Assembly (NCBI GenBank): GCA_964642475.1
Contig: CAZXRC010000005.1
Location: 68,859-132,858 of the forward strand
Direction of reading: 5' to 3'
DNA from: an uncultured Gemmatimonadaceae bacterium
GTDB taxonomy: Bacteria > Gemmatimonadota > Gemmatimonadetes > Gemmatimonadales > GWC2-71-9
Length of the DNA stretch: 64,000 nt
The translations under genes and the position numbers were made by a program. The notes beneath the pieces were generated by a model. The model worked only from the letters and a program-made list of their open reading frames with translations. It ran no database searches and was not told the DNA's origin. Each line of letters begins with the position of its first letter. Positions within the stretch are counted from its first letter, which is position 1. Positions 47,941 through 57,388 of this stretch are shown here, piece by piece.

Positions 47941-49353
47941 TCACCCTTCCGCCGCCACCTCTTCTCGCGGCCCGTTGAGCTTGTTGCGCAGGGTGCGCTC
48001 GCTGATGCCGAGGAGCTTGGCGGCCCGGGTCCGGTTGCCGCCGGTTGCGGCCAGCGCCCGAACGATGGCCTGACGCTCGAGCTCGTCGAGGTTGAACGGC
48101 TCCGGCGGCCCCTCTCCGCCGGCTGGCGCCGGGGCGCCGGGCAGGGACGGGCCGGCCGGGATCGGCGCGGCGGGACGGTGCACCACCGCCTCGAGAATTC
48201 CCTGGAAAGCCTCCGGCCGCAGGACGCCGCCGCGCGAGAGAATCACCGCCCGCTCCACCGCATTGGCCAGCTCGCGCACGTTGCCGGGCCAGGAGTGCCG
48301 CAGCAGCAGGTCGATCGTGTCGGGCGCCACCCCGGTCACCGTCACCCCGATCTCCTCGGCGGCCCGCCGGGCGAAGTGCTGGACCAGCACCGGCACATCG
48401 TCCTTCCGGTCCCGGAGCGGTGGCGTCTTGATCGGCACCACGTTGAGCCGGTAGAAGAGGTCGCTCCGGAACCGCCCCGCATCGGCTTCGGCCTTGAGGT
48501 CCCGGTTGGTCGTGGCGATCAGGCGCACGTCCACCCGGATGGCCTGGTGCCCGCCCACGCGCTCGAACTCGTGCTCCTGGATGACGCGGAGGAGCTTCGA
48601 CTGGAGGTCGAGCCGCATCTCGGAGACCTCGTCCAGCAGCAGGGTCCCCCCGTGGGCCCGTTCGAAGGCGCCGGCTGTCCGCATGGTGGCACCGGTGAAG
48701 GCGCCCTTCTCGTGGCCGAACAGCGCGCTCTCGACCAGTCCCTCGGGCATGGCGGCGCAGTTGATACTGATGAAAGGCGAATCGTGCCGCGGGCTCTGGT
48801 CATGGATCGCCCGGGCAAAGAGCTCCTTCCCCGTGCCCGACTCCCCCTCCAGCAGGACTGTCGCCTTGGTGGGCGCCACCGTGGCGATGGTCTCCATCAC
48901 CCGGCGGAACGGCTGACTCTCCCCGATGAGCGAGCGGGTCGACCGGAACTTGTTGATCTCGCGGCGGAACTGCTCGTTTTCCCGGCGCAGGCGCATCACC
49001 TCGAGAGCCTGGGTCACCGCGATCTCGAGGGTCTCCGGCCGGATCGGCTTGGTGAGGTAGTCGATCGCCCCCGACTTAATCGAAATGACCGCGTGCTCGA
49101 TACTGGAGTAGCCCGTCATGATGATCACCGGGACCTGGTAGCCCTCCTTCTCGAGCACCCCGAGAAGGTCGAGGCCGGTCGCCTTGGGCATCCGGTAGTC
49201 GGCAATGATCAGATCGACGGGGGTCCGGGCAATGGTCTTCAGCGCTTCTTCGACGCTGGCCGCCAGCAAGGGGCGATGCCCGATCTTGGTGAGGTGGTGC
49301 TCCAGGACAACGCCCGTGGCGGGTTCGTCGTCAACGCACAGAATAGTGGCCAT
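47941..49353 (-). CDS. sigma54-dependent response regulator (NtrC family; FlgR/FleR-like)
   Basis: REC with Asp (IIADYRMP), GESGTGKE, GAFTGA, RFRSDLFYRLN, Fis-type HTH. Confidence 0.95.
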   Translation of the reverse strand: MATILCVDDEPATGVVLEHHLTKIGHRPLLAASVEEALKTIARTPVDLIIADYRMPKATGLDLLGVLEKEGYQVPVIIMTGYSSIEHAVISIKSGAIDYLTKPIRPETLEIAVTQALEVMRLRRENEQFRREINKFRSTRSLIGESQPFRRVMETIATVAPTKATVLLEGESGTGKELFARAIHDQSPRHDSPFISINCAAMPEGLVESALFGHEKGAFTGATMRTAGAFERAHGGTLLLDEVSEMRLDLQSKLLRVIQEHEFERVGGHQAIRVDVRLIATTNRDLKAEADAGRFRSDLFYRLNVVPIKTPPLRDRKDDVPVLVQHFARRAAEEIGVTVTGVAPDTIDLLLRHSWPGNVRELANAVERAVILSRGGVLRPEAFQGILEAVVHRPAAPIPAGPSLPGAPAPAGGEGPPEPFNLDELERQAIVRALAATGGNRTRAAKLLGISERTLRNKLNGPREEVAAEG

Positions 49354-49480
49354 ACTCCCCCCGCCCTCCTCATAGGAACCGTACAGACGACTGCCGTGCG
49401 TTACGCGCCGCAGGAGCTATCTAGCAAGGAAGGGGGGTCCTCGCTCGAAAAAGCCGGCCTCGCAGCCGCACCGCAAACCC

Positions 49481-49507
49481 TCAAGTTTCCAGCAATTTAG
49501 CCGATAC
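49481..49507 (+). promoter_or_regulatory. sigma28 promoter of flgL-fliW
   Basis: TCAAGTTT-N11-GCCGATAC. Confidence 0.82.
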
Positions 49508-49573
49508 GGAAAATATTGCCACCCTCCCCGGGGATCTTCGGCATGCGGTCCTGACCGGCAAGGAAGGCCTGGT

Positions 49574-50446
49574 ATGCGAATTTCGAACAGTCTGCTGCAA
49601 CAGCGGGTGCTGGACAACCTGCAGCGCAACCTCTCCGGCTACGCGAAGGCTCAGAACCAGGTCGCGACCGGCCGACGGTTTGAGCGCCTGAGTGAAGATC
49701 CCCTCGCCGGCTCTCAGGTAATGACCGCCGAGCGCGGACTGCGCGGCATCGCCCAGTATCGCCGCAATTCCACCGCCGCGCGTACCCGCATGGACGCCGA
49801 AGAGGCCACCCTCAACCAGCTGACCGACCTCCTCTCCCGCGCCAAGGAACTGGCGATCCAGGAAGGCTCCTCCAGCGGCACCCCCGTGACCCGGGCTGCC
49901 GCCAAGGCCGAAGTCGACGCGATCGTGGAGCAGGTGATCCAGCTGGGGAACACCAAGGTCGGAAACGAGTACCTCTTCGCCGGCGACATGGTCACCACCC
50001 AACCCTTCGACGCCGCCGGCGCCTACTTCGGGGACGACGGCGTCCGCGGTGCCGAGGTGGGTCAAGGGTACCTCCTCACCAGCAATCACAACGGCCGGGA
50101 ACTGCTGGTGACCAGCAACGTCCTCAGCAGCCTGCAGGCGCTGAGCACCCAGCTGGGGACCGGGACCCCGCTCACCGTCGCGGCAACCGCCACCGGCATC
50201 GATACCGCCTTCACCAACGTTCAGACGCTGCTGAGCGCCACCGGCGCCCGGGTGCGCCAGATCGAGTCCGCCATGCAGAACACCGACGCCCTGGAGACCA
50301 ACCTCACCCTCCGCAAGAGCGACCTCCAGGACATCAGCCTGGAAGAGGCGACCACTCGGTTCGCCGGGCTCCAGAGCACGCTGCAGGCGGCGCTGCTCTC
50401 CGCGTCGCGGGTGCTCAATACCTCGCTCACGGACTACCTGCGATGA
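49574..50446 (+). CDS. flgL: Hook-associated protein 3 FlgL
   Basis: MRIS, QVATGRRFERLSEDP, GNEYLFAG, SLTDYLR. Confidence 0.94.
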   Translation: MRISNSLLQQRVLDNLQRNLSGYAKAQNQVATGRRFERLSEDPLAGSQVMTAERGLRGIAQYRRNSTAARTRMDAEEATLNQLTDLLSRAKELAIQEGSSSGTPVTRAAAKAEVDAIVEQVIQLGNTKVGNEYLFAGDMVTTQPFDAAGAYFGDDGVRGAEVGQGYLLTSNHNGRELLVTSNVLSSLQALSTQLGTGTPLTVAATATGIDTAFTNVQTLLSATGARVRQIESAMQNTDALETNLTLRKSDLQDISLEEATTRFAGLQSTLQAALLSASRVLNTSLTDYLR

Positions 50447-50901
50447 GCGCCCCGGTTGAACCGACAGCGGGAAACGCCATTTTCGTGGCCAGCAGGCTGT
50501 TTGGCCCCCTGCACCTCTCGCCCGATCAATTGCTCGTGATGCCCGAGGGAATGCTGGGGTTTGCCGGCGAGCGACGCTTCGTGCTGCTGCCGGCCGCCCC
50601 CGAGGGAGTCTACTGGCTGCAGAACGTGGACGATGGGGCCCTGATCTTCCTCCTGGTGGACCCGTTCAAGTACTTCCCCGACTACAGCGTGGACGCGCCC
50701 GATGTGCCGGAGGCCCGGACCCCCGACGTCGCGGCGCTCGCCATCGTGACCCTGCCCCGCGCCCGGGGCGAGCAGTGCACCGCCAATCTGCAGGGACCGC
50801 TGGTGATCGACTTCGCCAGCCGCCAGGCGCGGCAGGTGATCCAGGCCGATCCCCGCTATCACACCCGGCATCCGCTCGAACTGCAACACCACGCCGCCTG
50901 A
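50443..50901 (+). CDS. fliW: Flagellar assembly factor FliW
   Basis: PEGMLGF, WLQNVDD, DPFKYFPDY, TANLQGPLVI...ARQVI. Confidence 0.93.
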   Translation: MSAPVEPTAGNAIFVASRLFGPLHLSPDQLLVMPEGMLGFAGERRFVLLPAAPEGVYWLQNVDDGALIFLLVDPFKYFPDYSVDAPDVPEARTPDVAALAIVTLPRARGEQCTANLQGPLVIDFASRQARQVIQADPRYHTRHPLELQHHAA

Positions 50902-50932
50902 GCCCGGCGGCGGTTCCGCGAAAGTGGCCCTG

Positions 50933-52933
50933 TCAGGCGGTCACCGAGGACAGTGACGCCACCAGGGCCCGCCGGACCTCCTCGATCACCGGGGCCCAGT
51001 CGCCCGGCCGCGACTGGCGGAAGATCCTCGCGGAGGGGTACCAGGGGGAGTCGATGCCGCCGGAGAGCCAGCTCCAGTCGGGGGCCGCGACCAGCATCAC
51101 CCACACCGGCAACCCCAGCCCCCCCGCGAGGTGCGCGACCGACGTATCGACCGAGACGATCAGGTCGAGCTGCCCCGCCAACGCCGCGGTATCGGCAAAG
51201 TCGCGAATCATGGGGCCCAGATTGATCGGGCGACGGGTCTCCCCCAGATCCATGAGCGCCGCGGCATGCTCCCCCATCTGCAGACTGTACCAGGTCACCC
51301 CCGGGACGTCGAAGAGCGGGGTGAGCGACCCGAGCGGGATCGAACGCCTGCGGGTGGGCCGGGGGGATCCGCCCCAGACCAACCCGACCCTGAGGCCGGT
51401 CCCGGCTGGGAGCACCGGCACCCGATTGGACCAGGTCTGAGTGGGGAGATAAGGCACCTCGTCCGGGATCGAGCCCAGCCGGGTGCCGAACACCGCCGCG
51501 AGGCTCTGCAGCGGCACATGACAATCGAAGGCCGGGAGCGGTTCGCCCTGGGCCACCACCTGCCCCACGCTGGGCATCGCCTCGAGCAGGCGGGTGAGGG
51601 CGGGCTGGCATTCGAGAACGACCCGTCCGCCCCGGGCGGCCACCAGTGGCAGGTAGCGCGCGAACATCAGGGTGTCACCCAGGCCCCGCTCCGCGTGCAC
51701 CAGGATGGTCCGCCCCTCGAGCGGCCGTCCGTCCCACCGAGGTCCGGGGAGACTCCGGTCGCCGAGCCGATCGTCGGTTACCCGCGCGCGCCATTCGTAT
51801 CCTTCCCAGCCGCGGGGATAGTCGCCGGCACTGAGCGAGGCGAGGCCCCGACTCCAATGCGCCACGGCCAGGTCGGGATCGATCGCCAGGGCCCGGTCGA
51901 AGGCGGCCACCGCCTCCCGGGGCCGCGACTCCTCGGCCAGGGCATTGCCCAGGTTGTACCAGGCGCCCGCGAATTCGGGCCGCAGCTCGAGGGCCCGGCG
52001 GTAGGCGGTGATCGCCTCGGCCGGCCGGTCCAGCCGCATCAGGGTGGCCCCGAGATTGGAGTGGGCATCGGCGTACTCCGGGGCGAAGCCCAGCGCCGCC
52101 TTGTAGGAAGCCAGGGCTTCGTTGGGCTGATCCAGGTCGCCTAACAATACACCCAGGTTGAAGTGGGCCGCGGCGAAGTCGGGCTTGAGCGCCAGCGCCT
52201 GACGGTAGGCCGAGAGCGCCTGGCCGAGGTAGCCCATCGACTTGCAGACGTTGCCCATGTGGTTGTGGGCCTCGGGGCGGCCCGGGTCGAGCGCGAGGGC
52301 CGCCTGGAGGGCGTCGGCCGCCTCTTCGAAGCGTTCGGCCTGCCACAGCGCCGCCCCCAGGTTGCAGTAGCCGGTGGTGAATTCGGGATCCAGGGCGACC
52401 GCCCGACGGTAGGCCTCGATCGCCTCCGACAGCCGGCCGGCGTCACGCAGGGCATTGCCCAGGCTGTCATGGGCAGCGGCGAAATCGGGCCGCAGGCGGG
52501 TGGCGGCTTCGAAGGCACTCAGGGCTTCGGCGTGCCGCCCCTGCTCCCGCAGCGCGATGCCCAGATTGAGCTGCGCCTCGGCGAAGGCCGGCCGACGGGC
52601 AATCGCCTCCCGATAGGCCCGCACCGCCTCCTCCACCCGGCCGAGGTCCCGCAGGGCATTGCCCATGTTGCACCAGGCCAGCGGATGGGTCGGGGCCAGG
52701 ACCAGGGCCTCGCGGTAGGCGCCGATCGCCTCGTCGGGCCGGCCCAGCACCCGCAGCACATTGCCCCGGTTGTTGTGGGCATCGGCGACGTGGGGGGCGC
52801 TCGCGAGCGCCTTGTCGATCAGCTCCAGGGCTTCGATGTGCTGGCCGGCCTGGCTGAACTGAACGGCGGTCCGGAGCAGCGCGGCGACATCCTGGTCGGC
52901 CGCTCCTGCGGTCTTGAGCATTCGGCATTCCAT
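50933..52933 (-). CDS. TPR-repeat glycosyltransferase-like protein
   Basis: About 10 TPR repeats, then W.GYEWR, AERGLGDTLMFARY, LDLIVSVDTSVAHLAGGLG, RIFRQ...GDW. Start may be 52921. Confidence 0.88.
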   Translation of the reverse strand: MECRMLKTAGAADQDVAALLRTAVQFSQAGQHIEALELIDKALASAPHVADAHNNRGNVLRVLGRPDEAIGAYREALVLAPTHPLAWCNMGNALRDLGRVEEAVRAYREAIARRPAFAEAQLNLGIALREQGRHAEALSAFEAATRLRPDFAAAHDSLGNALRDAGRLSEAIEAYRRAVALDPEFTTGYCNLGAALWQAERFEEAADALQAALALDPGRPEAHNHMGNVCKSMGYLGQALSAYRQALALKPDFAAAHFNLGVLLGDLDQPNEALASYKAALGFAPEYADAHSNLGATLMRLDRPAEAITAYRRALELRPEFAGAWYNLGNALAEESRPREAVAAFDRALAIDPDLAVAHWSRGLASLSAGDYPRGWEGYEWRARVTDDRLGDRSLPGPRWDGRPLEGRTILVHAERGLGDTLMFARYLPLVAARGGRVVLECQPALTRLLEAMPSVGQVVAQGEPLPAFDCHVPLQSLAAVFGTRLGSIPDEVPYLPTQTWSNRVPVLPAGTGLRVGLVWGGSPRPTRRRSIPLGSLTPLFDVPGVTWYSLQMGEHAAALMDLGETRRPINLGPMIRDFADTAALAGQLDLIVSVDTSVAHLAGGLGLPVWVMLVAAPDWSWLSGGIDSPWYPSARIFRQSRPGDWAPVIEEVRRALVASLSSVTA

Positions 52934-52944
52934 CCGTGGAGCCG

Positions 52945-52971
52945 GGATCGGCGAAAGTCGCCGCTACTTGG
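52945..52971 (-). promoter_or_regulatory. Putative sigma28 promoter of the TPR-glycosyltransferase
   Basis: Minus strand CCAAG-N14-GCCGATCC. Confidence 0.55.
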
Positions 52972-53175
52972 GCAAGGCCGGGGCCAATGCGGAGGGAGGG
53001 GGCTGCGGGGCCCCGGGTTGTGCGGTAACCATGCTCGCCACTGCAACTTAGACATCGGCTCCGGGGTGACGATCGGGCCGCCACGCGGCCTCTCGCCGGT
53101 TCCCGCCGGCCCACCGGTCGGCAAGAATGGCCAGCCCTTCATGCCGGGTCCCGGCATCTCCATCCTGCCGGCGGC

Positions 53176-53202
53176 TCAAGTTCCGACCAACCCAGCCGAT
53201 AT
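53176..53202 (+). promoter_or_regulatory. sigma28 promoter of fliC
   Basis: TCAAG-N14-GCCGATAT. Confidence 0.85.
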
Positions 53203-53240
53203 CCCACCTAACGGCCACCACGGGCCGTCTTACCGCAGGG

Positions 53241-53278
53241 CGGAGCAGGGACGCTCCGGGGTTTTGCAGGACCAGGAG
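53241..53278 (+). promoter_or_regulatory. Candidate CsrA-binding sites in the fliC leader
   Basis: Hairpin cggagc-AGGGAC-gctccg with GGA in the loop, then CAGGAC and SD CAGGAG. Confidence 0.6.
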
Positions 53279-53285
53279 ATTCATC

Positions 53286-54122
53286 ATGTCTCGCATCAAC
53301 ACCAACACCGCAGCGTACGGCGCCTACCGGAACCTCACGGTCACCGGGATGAACATGGAGAAGTCGATTCAGAAGCTGTCGTCCGGCTTCCGGATCAACC
53401 GTGCCGCCGACGATGCTGCGGGCGCGGCGATCGCCAACGATCTCCGTGCGACCGGGCGGTCCCTGCAGGCGGCACAGCGTAACGCCTCGCAGGCCAACTC
53501 GGTGCTGCAGATCGCGGACGGCGCGGTGAACACCATCGCGACCATCCTCGACCGCATGAAGGAACTGGCCACTTCGGCCGCGTCGGACAGCTCGGGCACC
53601 ACCGGGCGGGCCAACCTGAACGCCGAGTACCAGCAGCTGGTGCTGGAAATCGACCGCATCACGTCGACCACCAAGTACCAGGGCAGCGCGCTGCTCGACG
53701 GCACCTACGCCGGCACCTTCCTGGTGAGCTCCAGCGGTGCCTATGCCGGCAACGACACGGTGGCGATCAGCGGCGCGTCGCTGAAGACCGACTCCGCCAC
53801 GCTCCTCGGCGCCGCGGCCGGCGTCCTCACCTCCCTGGCCGGCGCCCAGGGCGAGCTGACCAAGATCGACGTCGCGATCGGCAAGGTCGGCACCGCCATC
53901 GGTGTCATCGGTTCGGCCCAGAGCCGGATCGAGTACGCCTCGACCAACGTCGCCTCGACCTTCCAGAACGTGCAGGCGGCGGAGTCGGTCATTCGCGACA
54001 CCGACATGGCGTTCGAAATGACCCAGTTCACCAAGTTCCAGATCCTGCAGCAGGCCGGCACCGCGATGCTGGCGCAGGCCAATCAGGCCCCGCAGTCGGT
54101 CCTCCGGCTCCTCCAGGGCTGA
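53286..54122 (+). CDS. fliC: Flagellin (minimal, 278 aa)
   Basis: Start MSRINTN at 53286. LSSGFRINRAADDAAG, SVIRDTDMAFEM, ILQQAGTAMLAQANQ. Confidence 0.98.
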   Translation: MSRINTNTAAYGAYRNLTVTGMNMEKSIQKLSSGFRINRAADDAAGAAIANDLRATGRSLQAAQRNASQANSVLQIADGAVNTIATILDRMKELATSAASDSSGTTGRANLNAEYQQLVLEIDRITSTTKYQGSALLDGTYAGTFLVSSSGAYAGNDTVAISGASLKTDSATLLGAAAGVLTSLAGAQGELTKIDVAIGKVGTAIGVIGSAQSRIEYASTNVASTFQNVQAAESVIRDTDMAFEMTQFTKFQILQQAGTAMLAQANQAPQSVLRLLQG

Positions 54123-54142
54123 TCGCGAGTCTTCAGGTGGGT

Positions 54143-54168
54143 CCGGGCGTCGCGTGAGCGGCGCCCGG
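54143..54168 (+). terminator. Hairpin between fliC and fliD
   Basis: ccgggcgtcgc-GTGA-gcggcgcccgg, 11-bp stem with GNRA loop, weak pyrimidine tail. Confidence 0.5.
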
Positions 54169-54196
54169 GCTCCTCCCCTCTCCGTCCGGAGTCCCC

Positions 54197-56158
54197 ATGG
54201 CGACCACACCGACCAGCTCAGTCCAGGGCGTCGTCAGCGGCATCAACTACCGGGACATCGTCGACCAGATCATCGCCGTCGACAAGCAGCCGGCCGACCG
54301 GCTGCGGGCCCAGGCGACCAGGCTGCAGGCCCGGCAGAGCGCCATCGCCAGCTACAAGGGGTTGCTGCAGGCGCTGCAGCAGAAGGCCACCGCGCTGCGC
54401 GAGGGTACCGCGTTCGGGAAAATGAGCGCGACCGCCACGATCGCCGCCGGCAGCCGTGCCCTGGTGTCGGCCAGCGCCTCGTCGCTGGCGGTGCCGGCCA
54501 GCTACCAGGTGGGCGTCACGGCGCTGGCGCAGCAGCAGAAGCTGGGCAGCACCGTCCAGCCGGGGAGTTCGGGCCCGGCCGGCGTGGCGGGCAGCTTCAC
54601 CCTCAACGGAGTGAGCGTGTCGGTGTTGGCGACCGATTCGCTCGCCGACATCCGCGACAAGATCAACGCCGGCAACAGCGGCAGCACCCCCAGCGGAGTG
54701 GCCGCCAGCGTGATCACGACCGGCGCGGGACAGAACCGACTCGTGCTCACCAGCGTCAAGGCCGGCACCCAGGGCATGACCCTGGCCGATACCAGCGGCA
54801 ACGCGCTCCAGACCCTCGGGTTCCTGAGCGCGCCGACCACCCTCAACAACACCGCCATCCTGACGGCCGGCCAGGACGCGGCCTTCACCGTGGATGGGGT
54901 GGCCTTCACCGCGACCAGCAACGTGATCACCACCGCGATCGAGGGCGTCACCCTCAGCCTCACCTCCGCCGAGGTCGGCGGGGTGACCTCGGTGACCGTG
55001 GCCCGCTCGGGGAGCGACGCGCAGGCGGCCATGCAGGGCTTCGTCGACGCCTACAATGCGGTGGTGGGGTTCATTCAGCAGCAGCAGACCGCGCCGCGCG
55101 ACGGCACCATCTCGCTGCCGCCGCTCTACGGCGACAGCCTGCTGCGCCTGCCGAAGACCGCGCTGCCCCAGACTCTGCTCTCGACCATCAGCGGCGCCGC
55201 CGCCGATCTCTCCACCGCCGGCATGGCAGGGCTCTCCCTGGGCCGCGACGGAAAGCTGTCGCTCGACACCACCAAGTTCAGCGCCGCCTTTACCGACCGG
55301 CAGGCCGACCTCCAGAAGCTGTTCCAGCAGAGCGGCAGCAGCACCGGCCCATCCACGTACTACCTGAGCTCCGGCTCCCGGACGCCGGCGGGCACCTACC
55401 CGGTCAACATCACCCAGGCCGCGACCCAGACCACCGTCGCGGGCTCCGGCCTCGGAGGCGGCTACACCGATGATGCCACCGGCGACACGATGACCGTGAC
55501 GGATACCGCGACTAGGCGCTCCGCCACCATCACGCTGACCAACGGCATGACCTCGGCCGCCATCGCGGCGGCGCTCAATACCGCCTTCGGGACCCAGGGG
55601 CTCGGCCTGGTAGCCACCGAGGCCGGCGGCGAACTCACCCTGACGCAGGGCCAATGGGGCAGCAGCGCCGGCATCACCGTCGCGTACGGCGCCGGGGGCG
55701 CGCTCGGCAACGTGCCGGTGGCCGCCGGCACCTACACCAACGGCCTCGACGTCGCCGGCACCATCAACGGCCAGGCGGCGACCGGGTCGGGACAGTCCCT
55801 GGTGGCGGCGTCCGGCAACCCCGCCGCCGGTCTCGCGGTGCGGTATACCGGGGCGACCACGGGTGACGGTGGCAACGTCACGGTCTCGCTGGGAACCGCC
55901 TCCCTGCTCGAGCGCCAGGTGCAGCAGTACACCGACTTCAGCACCGGCACCCTGGATACCAGGAGCACCGCCCTCAGCGACCAGGTCAAGAGTCTGAACG
56001 AGCGGGCCGATCGCATCGAGGGCCAGCTGGCCGTGCGCAGGGAGAGCCTGCTCCGCCAGTACGCCAGCATGGAAGAGGCGTTGGGGCGGCTGCAGTCCCA
56101 GTCGCAGTCCGTCATCGCGGTGCTGAACTCGTTGACCTCTACTTCAGGGAAGAACTAG
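54197..56158 (+). CDS. fliD: Filament cap FliD
   Basis: GVVSGINYRDIVDQI, GQDAAFTVDG, SNVITTAIEGVTL, FVDAYN, LLRQYASMEEAL. Confidence 0.95.
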   Translation: MATTPTSSVQGVVSGINYRDIVDQIIAVDKQPADRLRAQATRLQARQSAIASYKGLLQALQQKATALREGTAFGKMSATATIAAGSRALVSASASSLAVPASYQVGVTALAQQQKLGSTVQPGSSGPAGVAGSFTLNGVSVSVLATDSLADIRDKINAGNSGSTPSGVAASVITTGAGQNRLVLTSVKAGTQGMTLADTSGNALQTLGFLSAPTTLNNTAILTAGQDAAFTVDGVAFTATSNVITTAIEGVTLSLTSAEVGGVTSVTVARSGSDAQAAMQGFVDAYNAVVGFIQQQQTAPRDGTISLPPLYGDSLLRLPKTALPQTLLSTISGAAADLSTAGMAGLSLGRDGKLSLDTTKFSAAFTDRQADLQKLFQQSGSSTGPSTYYLSSGSRTPAGTYPVNITQAATQTTVAGSGLGGGYTDDATGDTMTVTDTATRRSATITLTNGMTSAAIAAALNTAFGTQGLGLVATEAGGELTLTQGQWGSSAGITVAYGAGGALGNVPVAAGTYTNGLDVAGTINGQAATGSGQSLVAASGNPAAGLAVRYTGATTGDGGNVTVSLGTASLLERQVQQYTDFSTGTLDTRSTALSDQVKSLNERADRIEGQLAVRRESLLRQYASMEEALGRLQSQSQSVIAVLNSLTSTSGKN

Positions 56159-56560
56159 ATGAGCCACGCAGCGACGAAGTATCAGGCCATGGACGTGCAG
56201 AGCATGTCCGGCCCCCGGCTGGTGGTGTTCCTGTATTCCCACCTGGTGAGCGCGCTCCGCCAGGGGGAGCGGGCCATCGAGGCAAGGGACATCGAGGGCC
56301 GCAGTAAGGCCCTGTGCCGCGCCCGCGATATCGTGTACGAACTGGCCTTCTCGCTCGACCGCGCCAACGGCGGCGAGATCGCCGAGAACCTCGCGCAGCT
56401 CTACGAGTACTTCATCCACGAGATTACCCAGGCCGACCTGCACCCGGACAAGGCGCGCCTGGTCCGCCTGCTGGAGATGGTCACCTCGCTGCACCAGGCG
56501 TGGGAACAGGCGGCGGTACTGGTGGCGGAGACGCCCGTCGCCGCGGCCGTGAACGCGTGA
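56159..56560 (+). CDS. fliS: Flagellin chaperone FliS
   Basis: YQ...MSGPRLVVFLY, GEIAENLAQLYEY, LHQAW. Confidence 0.95.
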   Translation: MSHAATKYQAMDVQSMSGPRLVVFLYSHLVSALRQGERAIEARDIEGRSKALCRARDIVYELAFSLDRANGGEIAENLAQLYEYFIHEITQADLHPDKARLVRLLEMVTSLHQAWEQAAVLVAETPVAAAVNA

Positions 56561-57006
56561 GCGATCTCCCCGTCCCGCTCTCCGAGCGCGCCTGCGCCCT
56601 GCTGACCGCTCAGCGCACCGCGGTGGCACGCTACGCCGCGCTGCTCGAGGGGCAGCGCGCCGCGCTGCGGGCCGAAGACCCCGAGTTGCTCGCCGACCTC
56701 GCCAGCCAGGCGGAGGCGGTGGTCCATGGCCTCGAAACGGCCTGCCGTCATCTCACGGTCCTGCGCACGCCCCTCCAGGACGCCGCCGGACCCCGTCGCG
56801 ACCAGGCGGATGATCTCCTCACCGCGCTGTCCGCGGAGCTGGAACGAGCATTCGAGGTCGTCCGGGTGATCGCGGAGCAGGCCCATGATCGACGGCAGGC
56901 GATCGTTCGTTCCATCGTGGAACTTGAGCGATACCCCGCTGCCGCGGCGCCGGCCGGCTACACCCCCACCTCCGCCGAACCGGCATTTCTCGACCGCTGC
57001 GGCTAG
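56557..57006 (+). CDS. Helical FlgN/FliT-like protein
   Basis: GTG start overlapping the fliS stop. Y..LLE.Q..AL..ED pattern. Ends FLDRCG. Confidence 0.65.
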   Translation: MSDLPVPLSERACALLTAQRTAVARYAALLEGQRAALRAEDPELLADLASQAEAVVHGLETACRHLTVLRTPLQDAAGPRRDQADDLLTALSAELERAFEVVRVIAEQAHDRRQAIVRSIVELERYPAAAAPAGYTPTSAEPAFLDRCG

Positions 57007-57014
57007 GGCTACCC

Positions 57015-57042
57015 TCAAGTTCTGCCGGGTCCTGGACGATAC
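57015..57042 (+). promoter_or_regulatory. Putative sigma28 promoter of the 80-aa gene
   Basis: TCAAG-N15-GACGATAC. Confidence 0.6.
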
Positions 57043-57085
57043 TTCCTAGCAACGGCCACATCGGTTCGAGAAGCCGGAGGAGCGT

Positions 57086-57328
57086 ATGTCGGTTCACGCA
57101 TTGGAAGGTGTCACGCCGGCGGCGCCGGCCAGTCGGGTCCGGGAAACGGTCAGGCCCGCGGAGAGTCCCGCGGCGCCGGCCCAGGACCGTGCGGTCCTGT
57201 CGGAAGAGGCCAGGATCCTGGCCGCCAGGTTGGAAGCGGCGGAGAAGGCCAACAAGCTGCATTTGTCGCCCAAGGAGTTGGCGGCGTTGGTCCAGGGCAC
57301 GGAATCCCCGCGTCACGGTGGGCAGTGA
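57086..57328 (+). CDS. Small hypothetical protein with FlgM-like D-x-x-x-L-S motif
   Basis: Strong GGAGG RBS, QDRAVLSEEARIL. Confidence 0.7.
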   Translation: MSVHALEGVTPAAPASRVRETVRPAESPAAPAQDRAVLSEEARILAARLEAAEKANKLHLSPKELAALVQGTESPRHGGQ

Positions 57329-57343
57329 GCGGGGCGATCCGGC

Positions 57344-57371
57344 TCAAGTCCCGGGGCATACGGGCCGACAG
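57344..57371 (+). promoter_or_regulatory. Putative sigma28 promoter of flgM
   Basis: TCAAG-N15-GCCGACAG. Confidence 0.65.
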
Positions 57372-57388
57372 TCCTAGCAATTGAGGAA

